IMG/VR virus record: IMGVR_UViG_3300031951_000129
Source: an uncultured virus (IMG/VR IMGVR_UViG_3300031951_000129)
Lineage: Duplodnaviria > Heunggongvirae > Uroviricota > Caudoviricetes
DNA length: 64,000 nt
Reading direction: 5' to 3' (one strand)
Shown: positions 44,909-53,778 of the stretch, in pieces
Layout of the letters: each line of letters opens with the position of its first letter
Numbering within the stretch: position 1 is the stretch's first letter
Made by a program: the position numbers and the translations under genes
Notes under the pieces: model-generated
Seen by the model: only the letters and a program-made list of their open reading frames with translations
What the model was told of the DNA's origin: nothing
Database searches by the model: none

Positions 44909-46771
44909 TTACTTCTTCCCATCTGGCCGCACGTCGATGCGCTGGGCCCCCAGCCGCCACGCAGTGCAGGAGCAGTTGGACTCTGCCCGCAACACCATGG
45001 CGCGACCGCGCAGCCGCAGAAACACTTGTTCGGTGAACTCCTCAATCGGCGTCGTGGCTGTCTGCGACACCAGCCGGTCGTTAGACCCCACCACGCTACC
45101 CCCGGAGAAGTTCCGCATCTTGAGCGTGAATGTCATCGTCGGCGTCACCGCCCCGGTAGACCGCGTAAAGGCCACGTCCGGCAGCAGGCGACGGATGAAC
45201 ATGAACTGCTCTCCATCCGCGAGGTCCACTGCACTGGACTCGACGTACGACCCCAGCGCCACCGGTGGGTTGCTCTCCCCATCCGCCACACCCGTCTCGT
45301 GATAGTAGATCTTGTGGTCCGGCGCCGCCGCAATCGGCAGGCTCAGCATGTCCTTGTCGAGCCACGCCGTGCGCTCCATCGCGCCATAGTACCATAGGTT
45401 TTGCTGGTAGTTGAACACGACGTACCGGTCGTTTTCCTCCGAACCCGCCGCGCAGTAGAACCACCAGATTTCGCCAAACGCGGAGTTATGCCCCGCGCAT
45501 ACCTTGTCCCAACGGGCGTTGTTGATGTTGTCGAATACGTACGACTTCACCGCACACGGGATAGGCATCACGACGCCGTTGAACCGGTAAAACTCGCCCC
45601 GCCCCATCCAGTAGACATCGTCGCCAGTCGCCACCGCAGCGTTAGGACTGGCCACCGTGATGCCGTAAGCTGCTTCCCCTAGTCCGAAGGTGTAGGGAGG
45701 CCCAAGAAACTGCATAGTGTGCGCGGAGCTGTCGGTGAGCACGAGGATGACCTGCTTGGTTGCAACCGCCGTGATGATCTCGGTGCCGCTCGACAGCCGC
45801 AGACTTCCGGCCGTGTTGTTGGCCCGCGTCTCCCAGTCGAGGTAGTCTTCCGTTGCCGAGAAGCGGATCAGCAGCGGGTCCAGCACCCCCGGCGTGAACT
45901 CGTCGTCCGTACCAAACACAATCAGGTGCCGGTCCTGTTCCGACAGCAGGACACAGTTGGCTACCCGAGGCGCCTTGTTCTCGCCCGGCAGCGTCGCGAT
46001 ATTCTGTGCCCGCACGCTGAGCCCATTCGTCCGGTCCCAGAGGTAGACACCGCCGCCTCGCGGGTTGATGACGAGGTCCTCGCCGTACGCTGTGTTTGAC
46101 CACAGGCGCAGTTTTGCCCCCGCGATGGACAGGTCGGCCGGATCACCCCACCCGCCGCCGCCCCATGGGCCCGCTCCCCAGCCGTTGCCGTACGCCGACG
46201 TCTCAAGCCCGATGTTGATCTGGTAGGCCCCCACAACGCTGGCTCCGCCGTTGCCAGTGTCGCTGGCGTTGGCCGTAACCGAGACCGTGATCGTGTACGT
46301 GTCTGCGGTCAGCACCTCCGTGACGGTGTGCTCCGCGTTCAGAACCGCCGCCGTGACGTTCCCGCCGAGCGACACAGCCCCGCTGAAAGTGACGTAGTCC
46401 CCTTGGATAGCACCATGCCCGGTATCGGTTACCGTGATAGTCGACAGCCCGTTTGTCGCCGCAAACGTGACATCACCCGCGGCTGTAGTGACGCGCAACG
46501 GCGTGATGTCGTTGTAGTCACTGCCGCGCACGATGTAGTATTTCAGGTGGGTTCCCACCCCGACGAAGTCCGTGCCATCCAGCGCAGACCACGAGGTGAG
46601 TTTGCGGCAGACGCCGAGGAACGTGCTGTTAGACAGCGCCGTCCACCCACCGATAGTCTCCGGAGTCCCCGCACGAAACCGTATCCGGTTGCAGTCGAAC
46701 CAGCCGCCCTCACTCGCGTACGACGTTGTCTCGCGGTTCACGCCCGGTTGGAACTTCAGCGTGGTGAGCAT
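44909..46771 (-). CDS. Tail tube/nozzle (P22 gp10/T7 gp12-like) protein
   Basis: 620-aa beta-rich protein with LIRFS.EDY.DW, LRLSSG and EIWWFY motifs; gene context. Confidence 0.75.
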   Translation of the reverse strand: MLTTLKFQPGVNRETTSYASEGGWFDCNRIRFRAGTPETIGGWTALSNSTFLGVCRKLTSWSALDGTDFVGVGTHLKYYIVRGSDYNDITPLRVTTAAGDVTFAATNGLSTITVTDTGHGAIQGDYVTFSGAVSLGGNVTAAVLNAEHTVTEVLTADTYTITVSVTANASDTGNGGASVVGAYQINIGLETSAYGNGWGAGPWGGGGWGDPADLSIAGAKLRLWSNTAYGEDLVINPRGGGVYLWDRTNGLSVRAQNIATLPGENKAPRVANCVLLSEQDRHLIVFGTDDEFTPGVLDPLLIRFSATEDYLDWETRANNTAGSLRLSSGTEIITAVATKQVILVLTDSSAHTMQFLGPPYTFGLGEAAYGITVASPNAAVATGDDVYWMGRGEFYRFNGVVMPIPCAVKSYVFDNINNARWDKVCAGHNSAFGEIWWFYCAAGSEENDRYVVFNYQQNLWYYGAMERTAWLDKDMLSLPIAAAPDHKIYYHETGVADGESNPPVALGSYVESSAVDLADGEQFMFIRRLLPDVAFTRSTGAVTPTMTFTLKMRNFSGGSVVGSNDRLVSQTATTPIEEFTEQVFLRLRGRAMVLRAESNCSCTAWRLGAQRIDVRPDGKK

Positions 46772-46791
46772 GGACTACCTCTGACCGTACG

Positions 46792-46959
46792 TCACGGCCT
46801 GTTGGGGGTACGGAACACAAAGTACGACGTCACGAAGGGCACCAGCGTATTGACCAGCGCCTCGTCGAATACGAAGCCGGTGTTGAAGTGCGTGTTGAGG
46901 ACGACGACCAACCCGCCGAGGATCGACACGATGGCCTTGTTATACGCCGCGAGGTTCAT
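46792..46959 (-). CDS. Putative holin (55 aa)
   Basis: MNLAAYNKAIVSILGGLVVVL...LVPFVTSYFVFRTPN has two hydrophobic segments and directly follows the endolysin. Confidence 0.6.
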   Translation of the reverse strand: MNLAAYNKAIVSILGGLVVVLNTHFNTGFVFDEALVNTLVPFVTSYFVFRTPNRP

Positions 46960-46971
46960 GATGCAATCCTT

Positions 46972-47718
46972 TCAGGTCATAGAGGGGTTGGCTGCTTCAC
47001 TCGGAGTCAGCTTGGGGAGCGTGAAATCCTCCGGGCGCGTCCACGTGAGCGGCCAGCGGAAGGACTCAGGCACGAAGCGGGTCTTCGAGATCGGGGCGAT
47101 GCTGACGCGGTTCGACTGGTTCCCGCCAAGCATGTAGTAGTGCTGCGCGTCCTCACCCACGATAAAGCCCACATGCCCGCCACCGTCTCGGGAGATGCTG
47201 GCCACCGCACCGTAGGCCGGCCGCATCAGGCCAACCCCGAGGTGCCGCCAGTTCAGTGCCCAGTAGGGGTTCTGCCCGAGCGGGCCGGGAAAGCGCTCAT
47301 TGGGCAGTCCGAGGCGCAGTGCAGTGGCCACGAAGTCACCGCACCACGCATTCTTCGCCGGGTCGCCCAGCGCCTGTCCATCGCTCTTGAGCCACATGCT
47401 CAGAGGCTTGTTGTCGTAGACCTCATGCAGCCGGATGACCTTCATGGCCTCCTTGATCCACGGCAACGTCTCACGGGTCATCGCAGTGTCCGGCTTCTCC
47501 GCCATCAGCTGGTCCCACGTCAACGGACCGACAAACACAGTCGGCTTGAACCCGATGGACCGCTTGAACGCGATGATCGCCGCTTCCGTGCGGCTCCCGA
47601 AGACGCCGTCGGCGCCGGCGGTGCCGAGGTCGTACCCCTTCTTGATAAGGGCCGTCTGCACCTGCTTCTTCTCGTCGGTCGTGAGACCAGAATTGTCGCT
47701 TTTGAACACGGGCATCAC
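46972..47718 (-). CDS. Endolysin: peptidoglycan-binding domain plus CHAP/NlpC-like amidase
   Basis: ADGVFGSRTEAAIIAFK PG-binding motif; AWCG, GHVG and LGGNQ catalytic motifs. Confidence 0.88.
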   Translation of the reverse strand: MMPVFKSDNSGLTTDEKKQVQTALIKKGYDLGTAGADGVFGSRTEAAIIAFKRSIGFKPTVFVGPLTWDQLMAEKPDTAMTRETLPWIKEAMKVIRLHEVYDNKPLSMWLKSDGQALGDPAKNAWCGDFVATALRLGLPNERFPGPLGQNPYWALNWRHLGVGLMRPAYGAVASISRDGGGHVGFIVGEDAQHYYMLGGNQSNRVSIAPISKTRFVPESFRWPLTWTRPEDFTLPKLTPSEAANPSMT

Positions 47719-48083
47719 ATCCCCTCCCAGTCGCCAGAAAATATCAGGGCCGCACCGACGGTCCCTTCCTGTATGTCGAGAACCGGTGGCACCGCGTAGA
47801 ACCCGTCTTCCGGTACGATCTCGATGCTGTCCGCTCCGGCCGTGTAGGTAAACACGATCTCTACAGACAGCCCGTCGATACTGAGCGGGTACGCGCGGTT
47901 GTCGCTGGTTCCATTAACGTCCCGGTTGTCAAAAATCACTTCCGCCACGGCCCCTGCTTTATCCGTCGGTTGCAAGGTCACCGTAGTCAAGCTCCGCTGC
48001 GTCATCATCGGTGGCCCAATATGCGCGACTTCTTGTGCGGCAACCGCGACAGGGAGCACAGCTACGGCAAGAGGCATACGCAT
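47715..48083 (-). CDS. Hypothetical exported protein
   Basis: Signal-peptide-like N-terminus; overlaps the endolysin start. Confidence 0.6.
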   Translation of the reverse strand: MRMPLAVAVLPVAVAAQEVAHIGPPMMTQRSLTTVTLQPTDKAGAVAEVIFDNRDVNGTSDNRAYPLSIDGLSVEIVFTYTAGADSIEIVPEDGFYAVPPVLDIQEGTVGAALIFSGDWEGM

Positions 48084-48086
48084 AAC

Positions 48087-48530
48087 TCAGCTTTCTGCAA
48101 CGACGCGGAACCGCGCGGATGGTTGATCGACTTGGTGGGTGAACCCGGGGCAATTGTATATGAGGTGCACGCGCAGCTCGTAGTCATCTGGCGGCATCAC
48201 TGTGAGCGTGGGGTAGGCGTAGTCGATAAACTCGGTCTCGGGCGGGCCGCCGCTCCACAGCGCGGACGGAAGTTCGTAGGCCACGCCGTCGGAGTTGATC
48301 GCGGTGCGATGCGAGTACACCGGGCAGTCGTCCCGGGTTTTCTGCCGCCAGATTCGCACCACAAGCGGGTTGCCTGCGTAGATCGGGCTGTTGAGGACTT
48401 CGACGCGTTGAAACGTGACCGGAGGGTCGCTGTCGTAGCTGATGTACCGGTACGTCTCAGCGATCAACACCCCTGCAAGTATCGCCATAGACAGCCAAAG
48501 CCACCACCATGACCGCTGCACCGAGCTCAT
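48087..48530 (-). CDS. Membrane-anchored protein in the lysis region
   Basis: Single N-terminal TM segment WWWLWLSMAILAGVLI; ATGA overlap. Confidence 0.6.
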   Translation of the reverse strand: MSSVQRSWWWLWLSMAILAGVLIAETYRYISYDSDPPVTFQRVEVLNSPIYAGNPLVVRIWRQKTRDDCPVYSHRTAINSDGVAYELPSALWSGGPPETEFIDYAYPTLTVMPPDDYELRVHLIYNCPGFTHQVDQPSARFRVVAES

Positions 48531-48724
48531 TCCACAGGCCCCCGAAACATCCATGAGATCGCGGCTTGCACATCTTCTCTGAACGCCACCAGCGCTGCAA
48601 GCACCGCGGCGGTTCCCGCCGCCCAGCGCCTGACTGACGCCCAAAACCACTGTACCCTCTCTTCCTGTTCCAGCATCTTCCGCAGCGCCGCAATTTCTTC
48701 CGGGGTAAGCCGCTCGTCACTCAT
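48527..48724 (-). CDS. Small membrane protein (holin-like)
   Basis: One TM segment; coupled to both neighbours. Confidence 0.55.
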   Translation of the reverse strand: MSDERLTPEEIAALRKMLEQEERVQWFWASVRRWAAGTAAVLAALVAFREDVQAAISWMFRGPVE

Positions 48725-50328
48725 TACTGCGCTCCGTTTAGCCGCGTTTCCAGTTCGTCAACCTTGTCAGCCAGCTCCTGCAGCGCTTTCAGCATAAGCG
48801 GCACCAGAACTGAGTACTTGACCGATAGTGTGCCTTCCTCGTCCCGAGACACGAGCCCCGGTTTGACCGTTTGCATTTGCTGTGCGATGACGCCCACATG
48901 TTTCGGTGCGTCGTCCGGCATGTCCTTGAAGCGGTAGTTGACCACTTCAATTTTGCGCATGTCCGCTAATTGTGGGTTTGCCGGCGTTATGTCTTTTTTC
49001 AGGTTGAGGTCAGAAAGCGCGCCGTAGGAGTTGTTAGCGTTCACTACGTTTCCAGCGGCTTGTACCCTGAACTTTACAACGTTTCCTTGGTAGTGGTTTA
49101 TAATCCCGGTGGTGTCGACTTCCAGCGCCCGGCACTGGGTAAACAGATAGGTAACCGTAGACAGCTGCTGGAATCTGACGCCGTTAGTTCCATTAGAACC
49201 TACGTCGATATCCCCGACATAGAAGTTGGTGTCTACCGTCAGATTGTCGGTGCACACAATGTTGTCGGTAAACGTCTTGGCACCGGCGATGCTCTGAGTA
49301 CCGGTCGTGCGGACAACGGTGCTGTTGACCGCCACATCGTTGGCGTTGACCGTGATACCGTCCCCCGCGCCAATATCCAGCGTTCTGTTTGTCGTGAGAT
49401 CACCCCCGCCAGTCAAGCCATTCCCAGCCGTGATGGTGACAGCTGACCGCGCAATGGTGCTGTCAATCGCGTGCGTGTGGCTGCTTGCCGTGACGGCGCT
49501 TGTACTGGACGCCGTCAGATCTGAAGGCGTACCGAGCGTGAGGGTGCGGTTCGCGGTCAAATCCCCGCCACCGGACATTCCGTTGCCAGCAGTGATCGTG
49601 CGCGTCGTCCGAACAACCGAGCTGTCCACGGCGACGGAGTCCGCAGCTACAGAGATACCGTCACCCGCGCCGACTGCCAGTGTACGGTTGGCCGACAGGT
49701 CGCCGCCGCCCGTCAATCCGTCGCCCGCCGTGATGGTGGTGGCCGAAGCCGCTGCGCCGAGGTTTGTCCGGGCCGTCGCCGCGTCGCTGGCGCCTGTGCC
49801 GCCCTGCGCCACTGCAAGGTCCGTGGCCAGCGTCAGCGAGCCCAGAGCCACCGCCCCGGTGCCATCCCGCTGCACGACCGCGTTGGCCGTGTTCGCGCTC
49901 GTCGCCGTGTTCATGAGGGCCGTGATGTCCCGCACCTGCGCACCGGCACCTGTGCCCGTGCAGATAGCGACGGCGGACCGGCCGGCTGCAAGAACCAAGT
50001 CGCCGCCGGACCCCTGCGTGATCGTCACCGTCTGCGCGGTGCCGTTGTGGAACATATACTGCTTGGCGGCGGAGTTCGGTGCAATCGTGACCGTCACCGG
50101 AGACGCCGGAGAGCCTGTGAACAGGATCGTCCCGTACTGTCCATCCGACAACACCCCGTTAGTCGTGGTCAGCGTCAGGGTCGTACCCGACAGCGTGACA
50201 GAGAGCGCGCCGTTCACCGCCCGGTCGATGACATCGTAGTTCAGGTTCGCCGTGACGTCCCACGACCCAGTCTGCTCGCCGGAGCCGGGCTTCTCGATGC
50301 CGGTGTTCGTCGTAAACGTACTGGGCAT
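48724..50328 (-). CDS. Tail fibre with C-terminal S74-type intramolecular chaperone
   Basis: ITAGxGLTGGGDL..NRTL repeats; SDLNLKKDI...GVIAQ...VKYSVLVPLMLKALQEL. Confidence 0.85.
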   Translation of the reverse strand: MPSTFTTNTGIEKPGSGEQTGSWDVTANLNYDVIDRAVNGALSVTLSGTTLTLTTTNGVLSDGQYGTILFTGSPASPVTVTIAPNSAAKQYMFHNGTAQTVTITQGSGGDLVLAAGRSAVAICTGTGAGAQVRDITALMNTATSANTANAVVQRDGTGAVALGSLTLATDLAVAQGGTGASDAATARTNLGAAASATTITAGDGLTGGGDLSANRTLAVGAGDGISVAADSVAVDSSVVRTTRTITAGNGMSGGGDLTANRTLTLGTPSDLTASSTSAVTASSHTHAIDSTIARSAVTITAGNGLTGGGDLTTNRTLDIGAGDGITVNANDVAVNSTVVRTTGTQSIAGAKTFTDNIVCTDNLTVDTNFYVGDIDVGSNGTNGVRFQQLSTVTYLFTQCRALEVDTTGIINHYQGNVVKFRVQAAGNVVNANNSYGALSDLNLKKDITPANPQLADMRKIEVVNYRFKDMPDDAPKHVGVIAQQMQTVKPGLVSRDEEGTLSVKYSVLVPLMLKALQELADKVDELETRLNGAQ

Positions 50329-50338
50329 GGGCTATCCT

Positions 50339-50788
50339 CTACACGATGCGCAGCAGTGCGGTCGTCGCACCTGACAGTGGGAAACGTACAGTGAAAGTGC
50401 CCCCGGTGGCAACGCGATCTGCACCGAAGTCCAGTACCGCAACTGCGGGGTTCGTGTAGGTGTGCGCCGGCGTCGAGTTGTAGATCAGCGCCCCCCGCGC
50501 CGTCAGCGTGACCCCGGTGAACGTCAGATCGGCAAAGGTAGCGAACGCCGTCGTGCCATCCGTCGTCGGCGAAACCAGCGTCAGCGTGCCTCCACCCGCC
50601 GCGTAGTTGCCGGTATCCGGCACCTCGTTGGTAGCGGTATAGGCTGTCGTGTCCGCCGTGAAGCTGGCCGCGTTGGTGTACAGCGCGAGCTTGAACACCT
50701 GCCCAGACCCCAGCCGCAGATCGTGCACCCCCTCAAGGAGCTGCTTCTTGAACGACGTGGTGAGGAAGGTGCCGGTGAACGCCATCAC
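50339..50788 (-). CDS. Conserved virion structural protein
   Basis: SFKKQLLEGVH...FKLALYT...ARGALIYN...VLDFG. Confidence 0.7.
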   Translation of the reverse strand: MMAFTGTFLTTSFKKQLLEGVHDLRLGSGQVFKLALYTNAASFTADTTAYTATNEVPDTGNYAAGGGTLTLVSPTTDGTTAFATFADLTFTGVTLTARGALIYNSTPAHTYTNPAVAVLDFGADRVATGGTFTVRFPLSGATTALLRIV

Positions 50789-51429
50789 TTGCCCTTCCTG
50801 AGCTGCCCGTCGCGGAAGTCATCCCGCTGCGCCCGCACGTCGACACCCGTGAGCTGACCCATGGCCTCGGTGTACCGCTCCTTGTACTGCGCCAGCAGGT
50901 CAGCCTCCCCCTTGAGGTATGCGTAGGACTCCAGCAGCGTGCCGTAAAGCAGCGCGGTCTCCGCGTTGTCCCCCAGCCACGAGGTGCTCTCGTCGACGAT
51001 GGACGGCGGGTCGTAGTAGTAGTTCAGCTCAACCGAGTAGGCCGCGTCTGGCGTCGGCGCCAGCAGGAAGCGCCCCGGACTCGACGGCGTCACCCCATCG
51101 AACTGGGCGTAGAACACCGGCACGCCTTCGGTCGACGCGGACGGGAACGCCTCGCGGATGAAGCTGACATCCTTGTCGATCAGGAAGCTATACTCACCAG
51201 CGTCGACCACTGCCATCGAGAACACCGACAGAAAGTCCGTCGGCCGGTCAAGGTACGCAACGGACATGGTGGTGGTCAGCGTGGTGGACTTGCGCAGCTC
51301 CGGCAGCATGACAGTGCGGTAGATCCGCTGCTCTGCCTGCCGCACAAAGCGCGGTATATTGTCCACGAAACTCGTCTCGCGGCTCTCCATGTAGTCCTGA
51401 ACCAGCTCGACAAGCTCGGCGTAGTTCAT
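50785..51429 (-). CDS. Head-tail adaptor/tube A-like protein
   Basis: NYAEL...QAEQRI...LAPTPD...LLYGTL motifs; gene context. Confidence 0.7.
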   Translation of the reverse strand: MNYAELVELVQDYMESRETSFVDNIPRFVRQAEQRIYRTVMLPELRKSTTLTTTMSVAYLDRPTDFLSVFSMAVVDAGEYSFLIDKDVSFIREAFPSASTEGVPVFYAQFDGVTPSSPGRFLLAPTPDAAYSVELNYYYDPPSIVDESTSWLGDNAETALLYGTLLESYAYLKGEADLLAQYKERYTEAMGQLTGVDVRAQRDDFRDGQLRKGK

Positions 51430-51432
51430 GTC

Positions 51433-51651
51433 TTATCCCGCCCGCGTGAATTTCTTGCCGCGCTTCGCCGCGCCAGCGCCGCGGACGACACCGCCCTTGG
51501 CGTAGCTGCCGGTGCCGCTGTCCGTCTGGTCGTTAAACGACCGCACCCGCTCAGGCCGCGCCTTGGGACGGAGCGAGGTCTCGGGGGCCGCCGTGGGCCG
51601 GGCCCGCGGGCGCAGCGAGGTCTCAGGGGCAAGTTTGGACTTCTTTGCCAT
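51433..51651 (-). CDS. Small basic protein
   Basis: APETSLRPxARP twice; YAKGGVV...GAAKRG. Confidence 0.65.
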   Translation of the reverse strand: MAKKSKLAPETSLRPRARPTAAPETSLRPKARPERVRSFNDQTDSGTGSYAKGGVVRGAGAAKRGKKFTRAG

Positions 51652-51652
51652 G

Positions 51653-51979
51653 TCAGGCTCCTATCTCGACGGTTACGGCGCCCACTGCGCCAGTCATGAA
51701 CACCAGCGGGTGTCCCACTGGAGACCACCCGAAATACCCGCGAAACTCTCCCTTGTTCCCCTCGGGGCGCGGATCGCGCAGAGACTGGGGGTCCGTGATG
51801 CGCAGACGGCCCAGAAAGTTCTGGGGGTGGTCGGGGTCGGCCACGTCCTTGCCGACGCGCAGCCCGGTCCGCTTGCCGTTCTTGTACTCCCAAACAAGCT
51901 CCGACAGCGGGTACTGGAACCCGGTACGGTCGCAGATGCCCAATGCGTGGGTGCCCTTGGCAAAGCTCGACATCACCAA
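51653..51979 (-). CDS. Conserved virion-associated protein
   Basis: ICDRTGF...DPDHPQ...DPQSLRDPRP. Confidence 0.7.
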   Translation of the reverse strand: MVMSSFAKGTHALGICDRTGFQYPLSELVWEYKNGKRTGLRVGKDVADPDHPQNFLGRLRITDPQSLRDPRPEGNKGEFRGYFGWSPVGHPLVFMTGAVGAVTVEIGA

Positions 51980-52647
51980 TTCCCTCCCGACGGCGGCAGG
52001 AGAAACACCGACGCGCGGTCCCGATCTTCATCGGCCGCCCGGGCAAACTGCTCCTCATACGCCTGCTTGAGCGGCACAACCCGCGCCGCGACCTCGGGCC
52101 GCTTGGACGCCACCGAGTAGGCCAACCCCGCCACGAGCGCAGGCACAAAGCGCGGCGGGATGTCGGCCGTGCCACTGACCCCAGAAGCCAACCCGTTCAT
52201 GCCCCGCAGCCGGTAGAAGGCCAGCGTGTAACTCTGCTGCGCGTCCGGCACCGGCCAGAGCGTTGCGGTCACCCCTGTGGACAGCCGCTGGATGAAGATC
52301 TGCGTCGGACGACCCTGCAGCGCCTTGTTCGTCTGCTGCGCGTAGGTGGCCACGCTGATCCGCTCAAGGTTGGTGTCCGTCTGGCTGGTCCCGCTGCCGG
52401 TCCGCAGCTGGTGCTCGATCAGGTCGATGGTGTCCGTCGGCATGGTGTAGGTCGCGGTGCCCGGCGTGAGCGCCTGCGTCCCCCCGGCGACAGAAAACAG
52501 GTTCAGCCCCCGGTTCTGCCACTCCAGCAGAAGCAGGTTCAGGCTACGGCGGATCGTCCGCAGGTCGTAGCCCGACCGCATTTCGAGGCCAGCCATCTCG
52601 TAGGCTTCCTCGAACAGCTCCGGAAGATCGGGGACAACGCTCGGCAT
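51973..52647 (-). CDS. Head-tail adaptor-like protein
   Basis: RSLNLLLLEWQNRGLNL, GRPTQ, LWPVPD and RFVPALVAGLAY. Confidence 0.72.
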   Translation of the reverse strand: MPSVVPDLPELFEEAYEMAGLEMRSGYDLRTIRRSLNLLLLEWQNRGLNLFSVAGGTQALTPGTATYTMPTDTIDLIEHQLRTGSGTSQTDTNLERISVATYAQQTNKALQGRPTQIFIQRLSTGVTATLWPVPDAQQSYTLAFYRLRGMNGLASGVSGTADIPPRFVPALVAGLAYSVASKRPEVAARVVPLKQAYEEQFARAADEDRDRASVFLLPPSGGNW

Positions 52648-52658
52648 TGACCGTTACC

Positions 52659-52937
52659 TCAGCACATCCGACCCTTGGTCTTGCCCCGGCGCGCGGCGCC
52701 GTCGACCTTGCCGCCGGACTTCATACGCCCGGGTAGCGCACTCACCCCTTGCTTGATCTGACCAACCGCCTGCTGCCGCTGATCCTGCCGCACCGCGCGG
52801 TTGTCCTGCCGCGTCGCCTGCCGCGCCTGCGACGCATCGCGGGCGGCGGCCATCTGCCCGCCAAGGGCCATCTTCTTCGGCTTTTTCATCGTTCCACCTG
52901 TGAGTTGAGAGCCCATCTGAGCCCGGGTTATCGCCAT
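52659..52937 (-). CDS. Small basic protein
   Basis: MALGGQM, MKSGGKV and GAARRGKTKG. Confidence 0.65.
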   Translation of the reverse strand: MAITRAQMGSQLTGGTMKKPKKMALGGQMAAARDASQARQATRQDNRAVRQDQRQQAVGQIKQGVSALPGRMKSGGKVDGAARRGKTKGRMC

Positions 52938-52938
52938 G

Positions 52939-53190
52939 TCAGCAGTTCCACGCACGAAGCGACAGCGCCTTGCGTGTCGGTCGCCCCTTGTCGTCCTTCA
53001 TCGGCCCGGGCATCCCCGACATCCGGGCACAAAAGCTCTTGCGCCGCGCAGCGTCCTTGGGCGTCTTCGGGTTCGGCGCCGGTGGCTTCAGGTTCATACC
53101 CTGCTTCTTGGCCGACGCCCGTCCCTTGGCGTTCAGGCCGCCTTTGGGGTTCTGTCCCTCTTTCCTTTGCCACGCCGGTGTCTTCGCCAC
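52939..53190 (-). CDS. Small basic conserved phage protein
   Basis: GGLNAKGR...RRKSFCARM...SLRAWNC. Confidence 0.75.
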   Translation of the reverse strand: MAKTPAWQRKEGQNPKGGLNAKGRASAKKQGMNLKPPAPNPKTPKDAARRKSFCARMSGMPGPMKDDKGRPTRKALSLRAWNC

Positions 53191-53212
53191 GATGCCCTCT
53201 CAGGTTGGCTGC

Positions 53213-53241
53213 ATACTACATCGCAGGCAGCGTTCGGTCAA
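53213..53241 (-). promoter_or_regulatory. sigma70-like promoter
   Basis: TTGACC-17bp-TAGTAT upstream of 53190. Confidence 0.5.
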
Positions 53242-53619
53242 TTAAAGGTCTTCGGCGGGCACCGCTTCGACCGCCTCGACCGCCTCAACCGGCATTGGCT
53301 CAACCGCCTCGACCGGGGTTGGCTCAACCGCTTCGACCGGCGCCGGCTCTATCGGCTTGATTTCCTGCACGGTGGCCGCCGCCGCCCGCATCGCGGCTTC
53401 GCGTTCGGCATTGGTCGTGGCGTCCAGCAGACCTTGCAGGATGCCTGCAGCGAACGCCTTCACGGTCGCTTCCATGGCACGGGGATTGCCTTCCGCGTCC
53501 GTGCCGTAGTGGCTCTGCGCCAGATAGGCGAGAATACGGGGCGTGTCAGTGTCCGCGATCTGCATGGACACGGTGAAGTCCATCGTGGAGCCTTTGACGC
53601 CAAACGAAAGGTCAGCCAT
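53242..53619 (-). CDS. Hypothetical protein with PVEAVE repeats
   Basis: AAGGA RBS; C-terminal tandem repeats. Confidence 0.65.
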   Translation of the reverse strand: MADLSFGVKGSTMDFTVSMQIADTDTPRILAYLAQSHYGTDAEGNPRAMEATVKAFAAGILQGLLDATTNAEREAAMRAAAATVQEIKPIEPAPVEAVEPTPVEAVEPMPVEAVEAVEAVPAEDL

Positions 53620-53767
53620 TGTCGGTTTCCTTCTGTGCCTGTTCGAGTTTCTGGATGATGGAGATGGCTTCCGGCACAAGGGCGCGGATGCCAACCGCCT
53701 TGGTCCCGGCGTCCATGAGGCCGACGAGAGTTTGAAGTTCTGCGGGGGTCAGTTCGATCTTGAGCAT
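53612..53767 (-). CDS. Small hypothetical protein (fibre-chaperone-like position)
   Basis: MLKIELTPAELQTLVGLMDAGTKAVG...; GGGAG RBS. Confidence 0.6.
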   Translation of the reverse strand: MLKIELTPAELQTLVGLMDAGTKAVGIRALVPEAISIIQKLEQAQKETDNG

Positions 53768-53778
53768 GTGGGTCTCCC

